Part shown: piece after piece, positions 18,109 through 28,794 of the stretch | How positions within the stretch are numbered: the first letter of the stretch is position 1 | Layout of the letters: each line of letters opens with the position of its first letter | Source of the DNA: Capsulimonadales bacterium | Lineage (GTDB): Bacteria > Armatimonadota > Armatimonadia > Armatimonadales > Armatimonadaceae | Length of the DNA stretch: 64,000 nucleotides | Reading direction: 5' to 3' | NCBI GenBank assembly: GCA_033762295.1 | Contig: JANRLW010000064.1 | Coordinates: 96,001-160,000 of the forward strand | The notes under the pieces: generated by a model | What the model was told of the DNA's origin: nothing | Seen by the model: only the letters and a program-made list of their open reading frames with translations | The model's database searches: none | Made by a program: the position numbers and the translations under genes

Positions 18109-20904
18109 ATGGCTTTGAAAATCGATCGCAAGGCCGCGCTTACGCTGGCCGCCTGTCTGGTTCTCGCCCCCGCGACCCTCGCCGAGAACGCCGAAACCCC
18201 TGTTACCCTGTCCGTGCCCGTCGATGAGTTTCGCCTGCCTAACGGACTGCGCGTGATTCTGCATGAGGATCGTAGCACCCCGATCGTCGCCGTGAATATC
18301 TGGTACCACGTCGGCTCCAAAAACGAAGTCGTCGGACGGACCGGGTTCGCGCACCTGTTCGAGCACATGATGTTCCAGGGATCGAAAAACTACGACGCCG
18401 ACTACTTTACGCCGCTGCAGGAGGCCGGGGCGACCATCAACGGTTCCACCAACGCCGACCGAACCAACTACTACGAGGTCGTTCCGTCCAACTTTCTGGA
18501 ACTCGCCCTCTTTATGGAGGCCGATCGGATGGGCGGTCTTCTCGAAGCGATGACCCTGCCGAAGCTGAACAATCAGCGCGATGTCGTGAAGAACGAACGG
18601 CGGCAGAACTATGACAACCGGCCGTACGGAACCTCGTTTGAGAGGATGTCAGCGCTTCTGTACCCGGAGAACCACCCGTACCGCTGGCCCACGATCGGCT
18701 CTCTGGAGGATCTCACCGCCGCGTCCGAGGAGGACGTCAAGGCGTTCTTCCGACAATACTACGTCCCTGACAACGCCGTACTGACGATTGCCGGAGACTT
18801 CAAAAAGGACGACGCCCGTCGCTGGGTGGAAAAGTATTTCGGCCCGATTCCGCGCGGCGTTCAGCCCATCGTCCGCCCGGACCCGCCAGCGCCGAAACTC
18901 GATCAGGAGGTACGGGTAAGCTACCGGGACAATGTCCGGCTGCCACGAATCTTCATGGCCTGGCATACGGTGGCCCAGTTCGCTCCGGACGATGCCGCCC
19001 TTGATATGCTGGCCACGGTGCTCTCGTCGGGGAGAGGGTCGCGTCTCCAGTCAAGCCTGATCTACGAAAAACAGATCGCGCAGGATGTCGGCGCGGGACA
19101 GCAAAGTCGGGAGATTTCCGGAGTGTTTCAGGTCCAGGCGACCGCACGTCCCGGTCAGTCCATCGAGGCGATCGAAAAGGAGATTCTGGACCAGATCGAG
19201 CGGATCAAAAACGCGCCTCCGACCGCCGACGAGATGGAACGCGCCCTGACCCAGACGGAAGCCGGGTTCGTTTTCGGACTGCAAACCGTCCTGGGCAAGG
19301 CCAACCAGCTGAACAGCTACGCGATATTCCGGGGTCGCCCCGACTTCTTCTCCGAAGACCTCGCACGGTATCGCCGGGTGACGGCGGCGGAGGTGCAGCG
19401 AGTCGCCCGCCAGTACCTGAATCAGAATCGGGTGGTCATGACCTACCTCCCGCAAACGGACGAAAAAGTCCGCTCCGTCACCGATGCGGCGGCCAACCAA
19501 CCGACCTCCGTCGAATCGGAACGCGGACGCCCGGCGGACGCCTCCCGCCTGCCGAAACCGGGACCGAATCCGAAACTCAACCTGCCCCGGATCGAGCGAA
19601 GCAAACTTCCCGGCGGTCTCGAGGTGCTGCTTGTCCGGCAGACCGAACTGCCGGTCGTCTCGATGAATCTGGTGCTGAAGACCGGAGGGACGGCTGACCC
19701 GACCGGTCGGGCCGGACTCGCGCTACTGACCGCCGACCTGCTGACGGCCGGTACGGAGAAACGCTCGGCGCTGGAGATCTCCAATCAGTTGCAGGCGATC
19801 GGGGCGGGGCTGAACGTCGGGGCGAACTGGGACTCGTCCTCGGCTTCTCTGACAACCCTTACCAAAAACCTGGATACCGCGCTCGATATCTTCTCCGATG
19901 TCGTGGTCCGTCCGGTCTTTCCCGAAATCGAACTGGAAACGCGCCGCCGTCGCCTGCTGGGGGCGATCCTGCAACGACGCGATAACGCCGATGCCATCGC
20001 GTCCATCGCCTATGACTCGGTGCTATACGGCGAAAAACACCCCTACGGACAGGTCCTGTCCGGCGATGAAGCCTCGATCAAAGCGATCAACCGGGCCGAT
20101 ACGGAGACGTTCTACCGGACTTACTACCGGCCCAATAACGCCGTCCTGATCGTCGTAGGAGACGTCACCATGAAAGAGATTGCCCCGAAACTGGGACGCG
20201 CCTTCGCTGACTGGAAAGCGGCGGACGTGCCCCGGACGGCGGTTCCCGCCACCTCGCCTCGCGACCGGGCGGTTCTCTATCTGGTGGACAAGCCCGGCGC
20301 GGCACAGAGCGTGATCCGGATCGGACAGGTGGGGGTCGCCAGGGATACCCCGGACTACTTCCCGCTGGTGGTGATGAACGCCATTCTCGGAGGGCAGTTC
20401 TCTTCGCGGGTCAATATGAACCTCCGGGAGAACAAGGGGTATACGTACGGAGCCAGAACCGGCTGGGAGTTCCGACGGGGCGCAGGACCGTTCACGGCCA
20501 GCGCGGGAGTCCAGACCGCCGTCACGAAAGAGTCCGTCGTCGAGTTCCTGAAGGAGCTGCGCGGCATTCGCGGCGACATCGCCGTGACCGCTCCGGAACT
20601 CGAATACAACAAGCAGAGCCTGATCCGCCGCTTTCCGTCGAACTTCGAGACGGTCGGGCAGGTCTCCGGACAGCTTGCCAACCTGGTGATCTACAATCTG
20701 CCGGACACCTATTTCAACGACTACATCGCTCGAATCAACGCCGTCACGTTGCAGGATATCGAAAGGGTGGCGAACCGTTACCTCGATCCGTCGACAATGG
20801 CGATCCTGGTCGTGGGCGACCGCACGGTCATCGAACCGAAGTTGAAGGAGATTTCCGGCCTCGATATCCGTTATCTGGATACCGAGGGCAAACCGATCCG
20901 ATGA
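18109..20904 (+). CDS. M16 family zinc metallopeptidase (pitrilysin/PqqL-like), secreted
   Basis: Signal peptide; GFAHLFEHMMFQGS (HxxEH), NGST..DRTNYYE; second half LRENKGYTYG. Confidence 0.92.
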   Translation: MALKIDRKAALTLAACLVLAPATLAENAETPVTLSVPVDEFRLPNGLRVILHEDRSTPIVAVNIWYHVGSKNEVVGRTGFAHLFEHMMFQGSKNYDADYFTPLQEAGATINGSTNADRTNYYEVVPSNFLELALFMEADRMGGLLEAMTLPKLNNQRDVVKNERRQNYDNRPYGTSFERMSALLYPENHPYRWPTIGSLEDLTAASEEDVKAFFRQYYVPDNAVLTIAGDFKKDDARRWVEKYFGPIPRGVQPIVRPDPPAPKLDQEVRVSYRDNVRLPRIFMAWHTVAQFAPDDAALDMLATVLSSGRGSRLQSSLIYEKQIAQDVGAGQQSREISGVFQVQATARPGQSIEAIEKEILDQIERIKNAPPTADEMERALTQTEAGFVFGLQTVLGKANQLNSYAIFRGRPDFFSEDLARYRRVTAAEVQRVARQYLNQNRVVMTYLPQTDEKVRSVTDAAANQPTSVESERGRPADASRLPKPGPNPKLNLPRIERSKLPGGLEVLLVRQTELPVVSMNLVLKTGGTADPTGRAGLALLTADLLTAGTEKRSALEISNQLQAIGAGLNVGANWDSSSASLTTLTKNLDTALDIFSDVVVRPVFPEIELETRRRRLLGAILQRRDNADAIASIAYDSVLYGEKHPYGQVLSGDEASIKAINRADTETFYRTYYRPNNAVLIVVGDVTMKEIAPKLGRAFADWKAADVPRTAVPATSPRDRAVLYLVDKPGAAQSVIRIGQVGVARDTPDYFPLVVMNAILGGQFSSRVNMNLRENKGYTYGARTGWEFRRGAGPFTASAGVQTAVTKESVVEFLKELRGIRGDIAVTAPELEYNKQSLIRRFPSNFETVGQVSGQLANLVIYNLPDTYFNDYIARINAVTLQDIERVANRYLDPSTMAILVVGDRTVIEPKLKEISGLDIRYLDTEGKPIR

Positions 20905-20929
20905 ACGGGGGGCGGCCCTTACGGCCGCC

Positions 20930-23281
20930 TCAGAGCAGGTCCCCGCTGATTTCGGCGATCCGGTCGTCCTCGATCCGATACCAGAGGACCCGCCCGATCC
21001 GGTCGTCCTCGACGAAAACGTCGATCTTCCGGTCTCGCGGGTCCCGGTTGGCGGAGATGCAACCCGTCGTGTCGAGCCAGGTGGTCAGGTTGGCCCCGAC
21101 CGCGCCCGGCTTGACGGTCCCCAGCAACAGTCCGTCCGACGTATAATGGTAGATGATATCGGACGCGCCGCCTCCGATCAGTAGTCCGCCACCGGGCACG
21201 TATTCCAGTCCGACGCTGACCTCCGGAAGACGCCGGATCCAGCGAAGGCGACCGGAGGCGTCGAAGCATGCCAGCGAAGTGGCTCCCATCCAGAACGGAT
21301 TGTTTTTCGGAGGCGGCCAGCGACGGTTGGGACCGATCACATAGAACAGACCGTTCTCACCGACCGCGACCGAGATCGGATTGATCCGGGCGGGCGGCCC
21401 CTCCAGCGAGGCGGACCCGGTGACATTTCGGACTTTGGCCCAATCGTAAACGGGATTCCCCCGTTCGTTGACTCCCTGACGCGGAAGATGCCAGATCGAT
21501 CCGTGGAACGCAAACCAGAAATCCCCCCGGCGATCGACATGCATCCCCGGTGTCGCGTATTCCGACCATTTTCTCGGCTCCGGCTGCTCCGACGGATAAA
21601 TCCGGATTTCCGACGGCTCCGGATTCCCATCCCCCTCGGTATCGTGCCATACCCATTTATCCGAGAGGCGTTTGGGATCGGTCTTGCCGTCGGGGCCGGG
21701 CGAACCGCCGCCGACGAGCGCCGCCAGCATCAGGACGTTCCCCTGAACACGGTACACCTGAACGCCGTCCCCGGTGGGATGGAAAACAAAGTCCGCGCCG
21801 CTCAAACGAAGCACCCGCAGGTTCCCGTGTGGGTGGGGATCGTGGTAGTCGGGCGGCGAGAACATGTTGCCCCGATAGGTCCATTCCCCTTTCTTTCGGT
21901 CACCGAGGGCGTAGCGATGGAAACCGAAGGAGTACAGCGTATCCGGGTCGTTTTCGCCATAGTTGGCTCCCGACATGGTTTCTCCACCGAAACGCTCCCA
22001 GAGAACGCGGCCGTTCGGCTTGAAGCGGGCGATTCGCGCGCCGACGGGCTTCTCCGTCTGGATCGTCACGAAACTGCCGTCCGCATCCACCGCGACGCCG
22101 CGAAGGAAGAAATACCGATCCGGCGCGACATCACCGGGAACCGCCTTTCGCCCGTAGGTCCGAAGCGCGGTCTTGCCATCGGGGGAGAAGACGCGGACCT
22201 GGCCCTTCTCGCTATCGGCGATAAACAGCTTGCCGTTTCGGGCGATTGAGATCGACTCGATCATGCCGATATCGCTCCGAACCGTTCGCACGGTCGGGTT
22301 CTCGGCGAGCGGGTTTTCGATCCGTCCCAGTTTATGCAGATCGTAACCGACCCAGAGCGATCCGTCCTTTGCCGGGGCGAACGTTTTCGGGTAAGGCAAA
22401 GGAAACCATCCCTTCGCCGCGCCGGTTTCGCGATCGAAGCGATAGACCCGATCGTTCAGGGCATCGCCGACGAGCAGGAGGTCACCCACCGTCGCTATGG
22501 CATGCAGAGGCTGCATTCGGAGGCCACGGGGGCGTCCGCTCACCTGTTCCGAAACCTGGCGACTCGGCCACTCCATGAACGCAAGGTGGCCGTTGACGGC
22601 GTTCGGCGCGGTAAAGGGGGCCGGTTTGCCGTCCGAAAGACGGAACCGGCGAACGTATTGCCGTTCTTTCGAGCGTTCGTTGGACCAGGAAGTGGTTCCG
22701 AAGTACAGGTAGCGGTCGTCGGAAGCCACCGCGTAGGCATGCCCGTTGGGATTGCCGTTCCGGATCGCGAAACGACCGTCGAATACCGAATTGCCCTTCC
22801 GGTCCCACTTTTTGAAATCGGCTCCGGCCTCATCCCAGGCGTTGGCGGTAAAGGCATTGCCATCGCGGTCCATCGTCAGACCGCCCATGAATGCGGGCGT
22901 GTGTCCGTCGATATCCGGCGCGTCGCCGAGGTTGCCGATGGCGGCGACATGTTCATAGGAACCGGGATTCCGGACGATCTTGAAACGGTACGGGCCGCTC
23001 GGAGCCGCCTCCCCCACCTCATTGAGACCGTCCCAGGTTTCCGTATGTTTGCCCGCCGTCTGCGAGCGCAACGACCAGAGGACGCGAACCAATCGCCCCT
23101 CCCGATCGAAAATGCCCGCGCTCGTTCGGCCATCGTCCGGCAGCACATAGGAGAAGGTGCGGGGCGACGCGGCCGGTGGCGCCTCCGGCGGTTCGGCCCC
23201 GAGCGCACGAACGCCCGTCAGCAGGCAAACAGCGAGAACCAGGACCGGGAGCGAAACCGGAACGCCGGGGGAGTTATACAT
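20930..23281 (-). CDS. Secreted protein with FlgD-like Ig domain and NHL/beta-propeller repeats
   Basis: Signal peptide; SAGIFDREGRLVRVL...GKHTETWDG...GPYRFK (FlgD-Ig); NHL-like LFIADSEKGQVRVFSPDG. Confidence 0.72.
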   Translation of the reverse strand: MYNSPGVPVSLPVLVLAVCLLTGVRALGAEPPEAPPAASPRTFSYVLPDDGRTSAGIFDREGRLVRVLWSLRSQTAGKHTETWDGLNEVGEAAPSGPYRFKIVRNPGSYEHVAAIGNLGDAPDIDGHTPAFMGGLTMDRDGNAFTANAWDEAGADFKKWDRKGNSVFDGRFAIRNGNPNGHAYAVASDDRYLYFGTTSWSNERSKERQYVRRFRLSDGKPAPFTAPNAVNGHLAFMEWPSRQVSEQVSGRPRGLRMQPLHAIATVGDLLLVGDALNDRVYRFDRETGAAKGWFPLPYPKTFAPAKDGSLWVGYDLHKLGRIENPLAENPTVRTVRSDIGMIESISIARNGKLFIADSEKGQVRVFSPDGKTALRTYGRKAVPGDVAPDRYFFLRGVAVDADGSFVTIQTEKPVGARIARFKPNGRVLWERFGGETMSGANYGENDPDTLYSFGFHRYALGDRKKGEWTYRGNMFSPPDYHDPHPHGNLRVLRLSGADFVFHPTGDGVQVYRVQGNVLMLAALVGGGSPGPDGKTDPKRLSDKWVWHDTEGDGNPEPSEIRIYPSEQPEPRKWSEYATPGMHVDRRGDFWFAFHGSIWHLPRQGVNERGNPVYDWAKVRNVTGSASLEGPPARINPISVAVGENGLFYVIGPNRRWPPPKNNPFWMGATSLACFDASGRLRWIRRLPEVSVGLEYVPGGGLLIGGGASDIIYHYTSDGLLLGTVKPGAVGANLTTWLDTTGCISANRDPRDRKIDVFVEDDRIGRVLWYRIEDDRIAEISGDLL

Positions 23282-23339
23282 GTGAATACCTCTGTCTTCC
23301 CTCTGCAATATGGGGAAACCCCGGCGTTCGAGTTCCGGT

Positions 23340-24593
23340 TCAGTTCGATTCCAGGTAAATTCGTCCGTCCGCCGTCCGTCGAACCGTGCCGGTGATGACG
23401 ATCGCGCTGCCGACCTCCGCCAGCGGTGTCTTTCCGGTGACGTACAGGGTGACGCCCTCGGAAGCCAGAACCCAATCGTTCCGGGTCACGGGCGGGGCGC
23501 CGTTTCCGCCCTGCCGACCGTTGAACCGTCCGACCAGAGTGACCTGGCGTCCGACGAAGGTCGCGCCCGCCGGTGAAACAAGAACCCGCGCGCTGACCTG
23601 GGTCGCCCCGCCGGTCGGCGGTTTCAGGGAATCTCCGGTGCCCGGCGCCGGTCTGCCGACGGTGAGGACCGCGGACGCCGGAAGGTACGGGCGGCCGCGC
23701 GACTCCATTGGGGTCAGGAAGGCGTTGAGCGAATAACGGCCCACGGCGGCGTCGGGGGGGACGGTCCAGGTAGCGGTGAAGGTGCGTGTCTCGCCGCCGG
23801 GAATGACCACCTGTCCGAGCGCCTGCGTGAACATCATGCCGCGCGATAACTGCCAGATCGGGAGGCGTTCCGGATTGGTCGCGATCGCATCGAACCGCTG
23901 CCCGCTGGAAAATCGAAGGGTGACCGGAGCGGACGATCCGTTTCGGACGCTGTAGTTCAGCGTTACCTCCGATCCTGCGGCGACCACCGAAGGGGTGACC
24001 GCCAGTGCGGACGTAAGAGCGGTCTGCGGTTGTCCCGGGCGTGGCGGTTGTCCGGGCAACGTCGGCGGTTCCTCACCCGGCTCCTCCGGGGGATTGCCTG
24101 AATCCGCGCCGCCCAGGTAGATTTGAACGGCGACGCTGTCCTGGGGGAAAAGCCGGGCTTCGAGTACGTACACGCCGGAGGGGAGCGGCTTTCCGCTATC
24201 ATCGGTCCGGTCCCACAACTCACGGTAGGTCCGGGATGCGCCGCCTTCCAGCGTGAACGACCCGTTCGGCAGACGAGGCCAGTTACGTGAGAGCGTGAAG
24301 ACCGCTTTCCCGGTGCGGGCGTTGCGTACCAGGAAATCGTATTGCCATTTTCCGCCGGTGTTGACGGAGTGACGACGGTCGCTGAGGTTGGTCAGGGTCA
24401 TGGTCACGCGCACCGCGCCGCGCGACCCGTACTGTGTTCGGTCGGTGGACAGCGCGGCTTCGAGCGTTCGAATCGGCTGGCGGATCTCATTTCGATTGCC
24501 GCCGCGATCGTTCTGTGCGTGAGCCGGGTGGGTTCCCCACGGCAGGCACGATAACACCGCGGACAACAGCGCGGTCAGGAAGGGGTTTCGCAT
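23340..24593 (-). CDS. Secreted protein with two BsuPI-like (proteinase inhibitor-like Ig) domains
   Basis: TLRFSSGQRFD...WQLSRGMMFTQAL...GETRTFTATW and a similar earlier repeat; signal peptide ending AHAQ. Confidence 0.72.
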   Translation of the reverse strand: MRNPFLTALLSAVLSCLPWGTHPAHAQNDRGGNRNEIRQPIRTLEAALSTDRTQYGSRGAVRVTMTLTNLSDRRHSVNTGGKWQYDFLVRNARTGKAVFTLSRNWPRLPNGSFTLEGGASRTYRELWDRTDDSGKPLPSGVYVLEARLFPQDSVAVQIYLGGADSGNPPEEPGEEPPTLPGQPPRPGQPQTALTSALAVTPSVVAAGSEVTLNYSVRNGSSAPVTLRFSSGQRFDAIATNPERLPIWQLSRGMMFTQALGQVVIPGGETRTFTATWTVPPDAAVGRYSLNAFLTPMESRGRPYLPASAVLTVGRPAPGTGDSLKPPTGGATQVSARVLVSPAGATFVGRQVTLVGRFNGRQGGNGAPPVTRNDWVLASEGVTLYVTGKTPLAEVGSAIVITGTVRRTADGRIYLESN

Positions 24594-24602
24594 CGATCTT
24601 TC

Positions 24603-26108
24603 TCATTCCGCGACGGCTCGTTCCTGCCGTTTGGCCTCCTGCCACCAGACCTCCATCCGGTCGGTCGGAACCGATTCCAGCGGAGTTCCCTCGGACCGGG
24701 CCTGAACCTCGATAAAACGAAAACGTCGCTTAAATTTGTCCAGCTGACGTCGGAGTGCGTCCTCGGGTTCGATTCCCAGGCGGCGTCCGACGTTGACGAC
24801 GGTAAACAGCAAGTCCCCCAGTTCGTCCGACAGGCGATCCTTCGAGGCGTCGGCGATCATCTCCGCCCGCAGTTCGGCCAACTCCTCCTCCACCTTCGCA
24901 AAAACGCTGTCGGTGTCCGGCCACTCGAAACCGACCCGAACCGCACGTCGGCTTACTTCCAGAGCGGCGGCCAGGGCCGGGAGACTGGTCGGAATGCCAT
25001 CGAGGATGGAGACACGATCGGCGTTTCCTTTCTCCGCCGCCTTTATCGCCTGCCAGTTTTTTAAGACCTCCTCCGGGTTCGCCGCCTTCACCTCCCCGAA
25101 GACGTGCGGATGACGGCGGATCAGCTTTCCGACGATGGCGGCGCAGACGTCGTCGCTGTCGAAGTCGCCCGTCTCCGCTCCCAGTTGGGCGTGAAAGACG
25201 ACCTGCAGGAGCAGGTCGCCCAGTTCCTCGCACAGCTTTTCCGGGTCCTCCCGATCGATCGCCTCGGCAACTTCGTAAGCCTCCTCCAGCACGTAACGCC
25301 GCAGGCTGCGGTGTGTCTGTTCCAGGTCCCAGGGACAGCCGCCATTCGGATCGCGCAGTCGGGCCATCACCCGGACCAGATCGTAGAAGGTCGGTTTTCG
25401 AAGGTCGGCGGGGAGGGGAGGAACCCAGACGGAGGTCAGATGATCGTGTTCGTCGGATCGATCCAGTTCGAACAGCGGTAAGGAAAGGACGCGCTCCGCA
25501 TTGGGGATGCCGGCCCAGCGAACGACCGTCACGGAGAAATCATCGGGATATCCGGCTCGCATCAGGGCCAGTTTGGCATCGGACGCCGCCTGTCGGGAGT
25601 GGACCTGGTACAGCAGGATCGGCCCTCCGGTACGCAGGGATTCGGCGGGCGCGGCCTCCGACGGGTTGAGCGAGAGCGCGTCGACCAGATGCAGATCGTC
25701 CGTAATCGCCTCGCCGAGGGCCTCGAGGCAGGCATCGACAAACGACGGTGCGGCGACGATCCGGAACGGGATATTTCGCTCTTTCAGCCGGGGCAGAAGC
25801 CGGGCGACGGTGGTTTCGCCGATCAGGGGATGTCCGGGGACCGCATAGATCAGGTCGGTCTCCGAGGCCGCGCGGAGGACCCGTTCGACGATGGCATCGT
25901 AGGTGGCGTCAAACGAGACACCGCTTTCGTACTCGTCGTCGAGCGCGGTCAGCGGGACGGACCCCGGAGCGAACTCCGGAGACTCCTGATGAAAAATCGG
26001 ATGCCGCGCCGTTCGTGCGTACACCGGCAGGCCGGAGGTCAGCAAGGAAAAAGCCTGAGGCGGGAGACGTCGAATGTCCCCCGGCCCCAGGCCCACGATG
26101 TGGAGCAT
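24603..26108 (-). CDS. mazG: Nucleoside triphosphate pyrophosphohydrolase MazG with N-terminal tetrapyrrole-methylase-like domain (YabN type)
   Basis: IVGLGPGD, YAVPGHP; RLRDPNGGCPWDLEQT, EEAYEV, EELGDLLLQVVFH, KLIRRHPHVF, ELGDLLF. Confidence 0.92.
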   Translation of the reverse strand: MLHIVGLGPGDIRRLPPQAFSLLTSGLPVYARTARHPIFHQESPEFAPGSVPLTALDDEYESGVSFDATYDAIVERVLRAASETDLIYAVPGHPLIGETTVARLLPRLKERNIPFRIVAAPSFVDACLEALGEAITDDLHLVDALSLNPSEAAPAESLRTGGPILLYQVHSRQAASDAKLALMRAGYPDDFSVTVVRWAGIPNAERVLSLPLFELDRSDEHDHLTSVWVPPLPADLRKPTFYDLVRVMARLRDPNGGCPWDLEQTHRSLRRYVLEEAYEVAEAIDREDPEKLCEELGDLLLQVVFHAQLGAETGDFDSDDVCAAIVGKLIRRHPHVFGEVKAANPEEVLKNWQAIKAAEKGNADRVSILDGIPTSLPALAAALEVSRRAVRVGFEWPDTDSVFAKVEEELAELRAEMIADASKDRLSDELGDLLFTVVNVGRRLGIEPEDALRRQLDKFKRRFRFIEVQARSEGTPLESVPTDRMEVWWQEAKRQERAVAE

Positions 26109-26118
26109 AGGTTCCCCT

Positions 26119-27231
26119 CTACGGAGTTTTCGGAGCGGCGACCGGCGCGGATTCCGGCGCGGTTCCGGCGGGCGGGGCGGTCAGTGCGCCACCCGTCAGG
26201 GGCGCGACCGGCGCGGTTTTGCCCGCGCCCGCCTCCTCGGCGTTCTTGCGCAGCGCGTCCCAGACGACGGAGTAGGTCTTGTCGGTCGGCTCGAACTTCG
26301 CCGCCAATTTTTTCGCCACGATCTCGTTGCGGGCGTTCTGGTTCGCGGGTTCGGCCAGCTTCAGCGTTACCAACTGGCGCTTGATCAACGGAACGGCATC
26401 ATCCGGGTTGATATTGTAAGCCGGGATTTTGTGTTCGATCTTGACCCAGGCGACCGCTTTCGGCTGGTTGGGAAGGGCGAAATCGACCGGTCCGAAGAAC
26501 TCGCCGTCTTTCCTCTGTTGCACCATCGCCTGATACTTCTGCCCGAGGGAACTGACCGGCTGGGGCTGGGCGATCAGACCGCCGGTCGCCCGGAGGGCGG
26601 GCGGGTTGATCTGTTTGGCGACCTCGTCGAAGGGCGTGCTCTTGATCAGCTCCTGAGCTTGTTTGAAGTCGGCGGAATTGGGCGCGACCAGAATCAACCG
26701 GAGCTGAACCCGGGCCGGAAGCCCGACATTTCCGGCGCGCTGATAGGCTTCACGGACTTCCTTATCCCCGATTTTCAGCTTCTGGGCGTAAAGGTTTGCC
26801 TCGGCCAGCTGAAACTTCATATCGGCTTTGACCTCTTCGGGCGAGGTCCCCTGCTCTTTCATCGAGGCTTCGTAGGACTTGCCGGGGGCCTGGTTTTCGA
26901 AGAGGCTCTTCTGCAGGTTGTAGTAGCTCTCCACTTCCTTATCGGACGGAACGGCATTGGCTTTGGCCGCTTCCGAGAGGATCACCTGCTTACCGATCAG
27001 CTGATCGATAACCAGCCGTTCGGCGTTAATGGCCTGCCCGTTGGGCAGCGCGACATTCTGCCGTTCCAGCGCGTGGATGTATTCGGCCTGGGTGACGGTG
27101 ACACCGTCGATCCGGGCGAAGGTCGGTTCCGTAGCGCAGCCGAACGTGGAGAAAGCGCCCAGCGCGAGCGCTCCACCCAGAGCGACCCGCAGACCGACAG
27201 GTTGGCTGATGTTCCGATTAAACTTCTTCAT
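26119..27231 (-). CDS. PrsA/SurA-like foldase (PpiC-type PPIase) lipoprotein
   Basis: Lipobox TFGC; ARIDGVTVT..EY, LIGKQVILSEA, PARVQLRLILV, FDEVAKQ, GGLI. Confidence 0.75.
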   Translation of the reverse strand: MKKFNRNISQPVGLRVALGGALALGAFSTFGCATEPTFARIDGVTVTQAEYIHALERQNVALPNGQAINAERLVIDQLIGKQVILSEAAKANAVPSDKEVESYYNLQKSLFENQAPGKSYEASMKEQGTSPEEVKADMKFQLAEANLYAQKLKIGDKEVREAYQRAGNVGLPARVQLRLILVAPNSADFKQAQELIKSTPFDEVAKQINPPALRATGGLIAQPQPVSSLGQKYQAMVQQRKDGEFFGPVDFALPNQPKAVAWVKIEHKIPAYNINPDDAVPLIKRQLVTLKLAEPANQNARNEIVAKKLAAKFEPTDKTYSVVWDALRKNAEEAGAGKTAPVAPLTGGALTAPPAGTAPESAPVAAPKTP

Positions 27232-27471
27232 TTCTGCCCCCACCCGGTTCCCACCGGGTGTACAATACCTGATAATGTCCGTTCAGGGATAGGAATAATT
27301 GGGAATCAAGATCTGAGGACGCGAGAAAATCATCCGATAAAGTTCGGTCGCGGCCTCCGCTTCATGTACGGGATCGTTTTGCGGAGAATTCCCAAATAGG
27401 GACTATTTGCTCGGGAAAAGATAACTCCGATCGCCATTCGACCGCGACATCCTACCATGCGGTCCCCGGAC

Positions 27472-27515
27472 GTGTCAACGCGGGACCGCCCGGTCGGACG
27501 GTCCCGCGTTGACAC
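27472..27515. terminator. Long GC-rich hairpin downstream of the DM13 genes
   Basis: GTGTCAACGCGGGACCG / CGGTCCCGCGTTGACAC, a 17-bp perfect stem. Confidence 0.55.
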
Positions 27516-27562
27516 CGGTGGAACTCCCGGTTCCCGGTTCCCGGGGCTGTTTCACGGGGCGA

Positions 27563-28063
27563 TTACATCAAGTTGGCCGCGCCGAAGTTGACGGCGAACC
27601 GTTTGCACCAGATACTGACCGACCGGTAGCGGGCCAGGTCGACGTCCGCCGGAAGTTCGTAGTTCTGATCGCCGATATTGCCCTTGATCGTTCCGAGATC
27701 GAGGTAATTTCCGGCATTGATGGTTTTGTTGTCCTTACCGTCGGCTCCGGCGACGAGGTAAACCCGGACATCCGGGCCGTTGGACGTATGAAAATCGGTA
27801 AAACGAAGGAATTTTTTGCCCCCGACCTCGACGACCTCCGCTTTGCCGGCGGTTTGATGGGCCAGCGCGGTGAAAGAACCGGTGAGCAGCGCTTTCGGTT
27901 CGGCGGCGACCGCAGCGGCGGGCGGCAGCGATTCGTTCACGGTCCGATTGACGAAAAGCAGTTCGGGGCGGAACAGAGCCCAGAGAATCGCCAGAACCGG
28001 AAGGGCAAGAACGATCAGAAGGCGACGATTTTTGAACGGCGAGACTTGGTTGGTATTTTCCAT
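27563..28063 (-). CDS. DM13 domain protein (membrane-anchored)
   Basis: H.T.GKA, F.TSNGPDVRVYL, DLGTIKGNIGDQNYELPADVDL..Y.SV.IWCKRFAVNFG.A. Confidence 0.9.
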   Translation of the reverse strand: MENTNQVSPFKNRRLLIVLALPVLAILWALFRPELLFVNRTVNESLPPAAAVAAEPKALLTGSFTALAHQTAGKAEVVEVGGKKFLRFTDFHTSNGPDVRVYLVAGADGKDNKTINAGNYLDLGTIKGNIGDQNYELPADVDLARYRSVSIWCKRFAVNFGAANLM

Positions 28064-28165
28064 GGAATTTCCCCTTGGCGTTCGGTACGGATGCGTGAGG
28101 TCGTGAAATCGAGGCGGGAAGGTGAGGCAGGGGCCTTTTCCGGTCCCCTGCCGCGGGAATCGTGG

Positions 28166-28627
28166 TTACTGTTTGGCGGCGAGCGGCGCGGTGCCGAAGT
28201 TGACGGAGAACTTATCGCACCAGATGGTCACGGCACGATACTTCCAGAGATCGATGTTTGCCGGAACCGCGTAGGTCTGAACGCCTTTCCGCATCTTGAG
28301 TTTGCCAAGGTCCAGGAATCCCGACTTCTTGACGCTGGCATTGTCCCGGGCATCACCGGCCGCGACGAGGAAAACATGCAGGGCCGGGCCATCCGCCGTG
28401 GCGAAGTTTTCGAGCTTCAGCTCCCGCGTTCCGTCCGGCTTTTCGAAAATGGTCGCAGTTCCGGACGTTTTATGCGTCACCATCCGGAATTTTCCGGTGG
28501 TAACGAGAACGGAGCTGCTCATTTTCGAAGTGTTGGACATTTTATCCTGGGCATTCACCGGCGCATTCACCATCAGAAGCGCGGAAAAGAGGCCGAAGAT
28601 CGTTGCGGAGAGAAGTTTCTTGTTCAT
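28166..28627 (-). CDS. DM13 domain protein (secreted)
   Basis: Signal peptide; HKTSGTA, FATADGPALHVFL, DLGKLK...G.QTY.VP.NIDL..Y..V.IWCDKFSVNFG.A. Confidence 0.9.
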   Translation of the reverse strand: MNKKLLSATIFGLFSALLMVNAPVNAQDKMSNTSKMSSSVLVTTGKFRMVTHKTSGTATIFEKPDGTRELKLENFATADGPALHVFLVAAGDARDNASVKKSGFLDLGKLKMRKGVQTYAVPANIDLWKYRAVTIWCDKFSVNFGTAPLAAKQ

Positions 28628-28794
28628 TTTCAATTCCTTTTGTTGATTTTTTGAGGATTTATCCTCGCACGCCGTATCAACGAATGGCGATATGGAAAAA
28701 GTTCGGTCGCGGCAAAAATCAAAAGGAAAATTTCCCGGTCAGGAATCCGTTGCCGAGTGTCGTTCGAACGGAGTTCTCTAACCGAACGGAGGCT

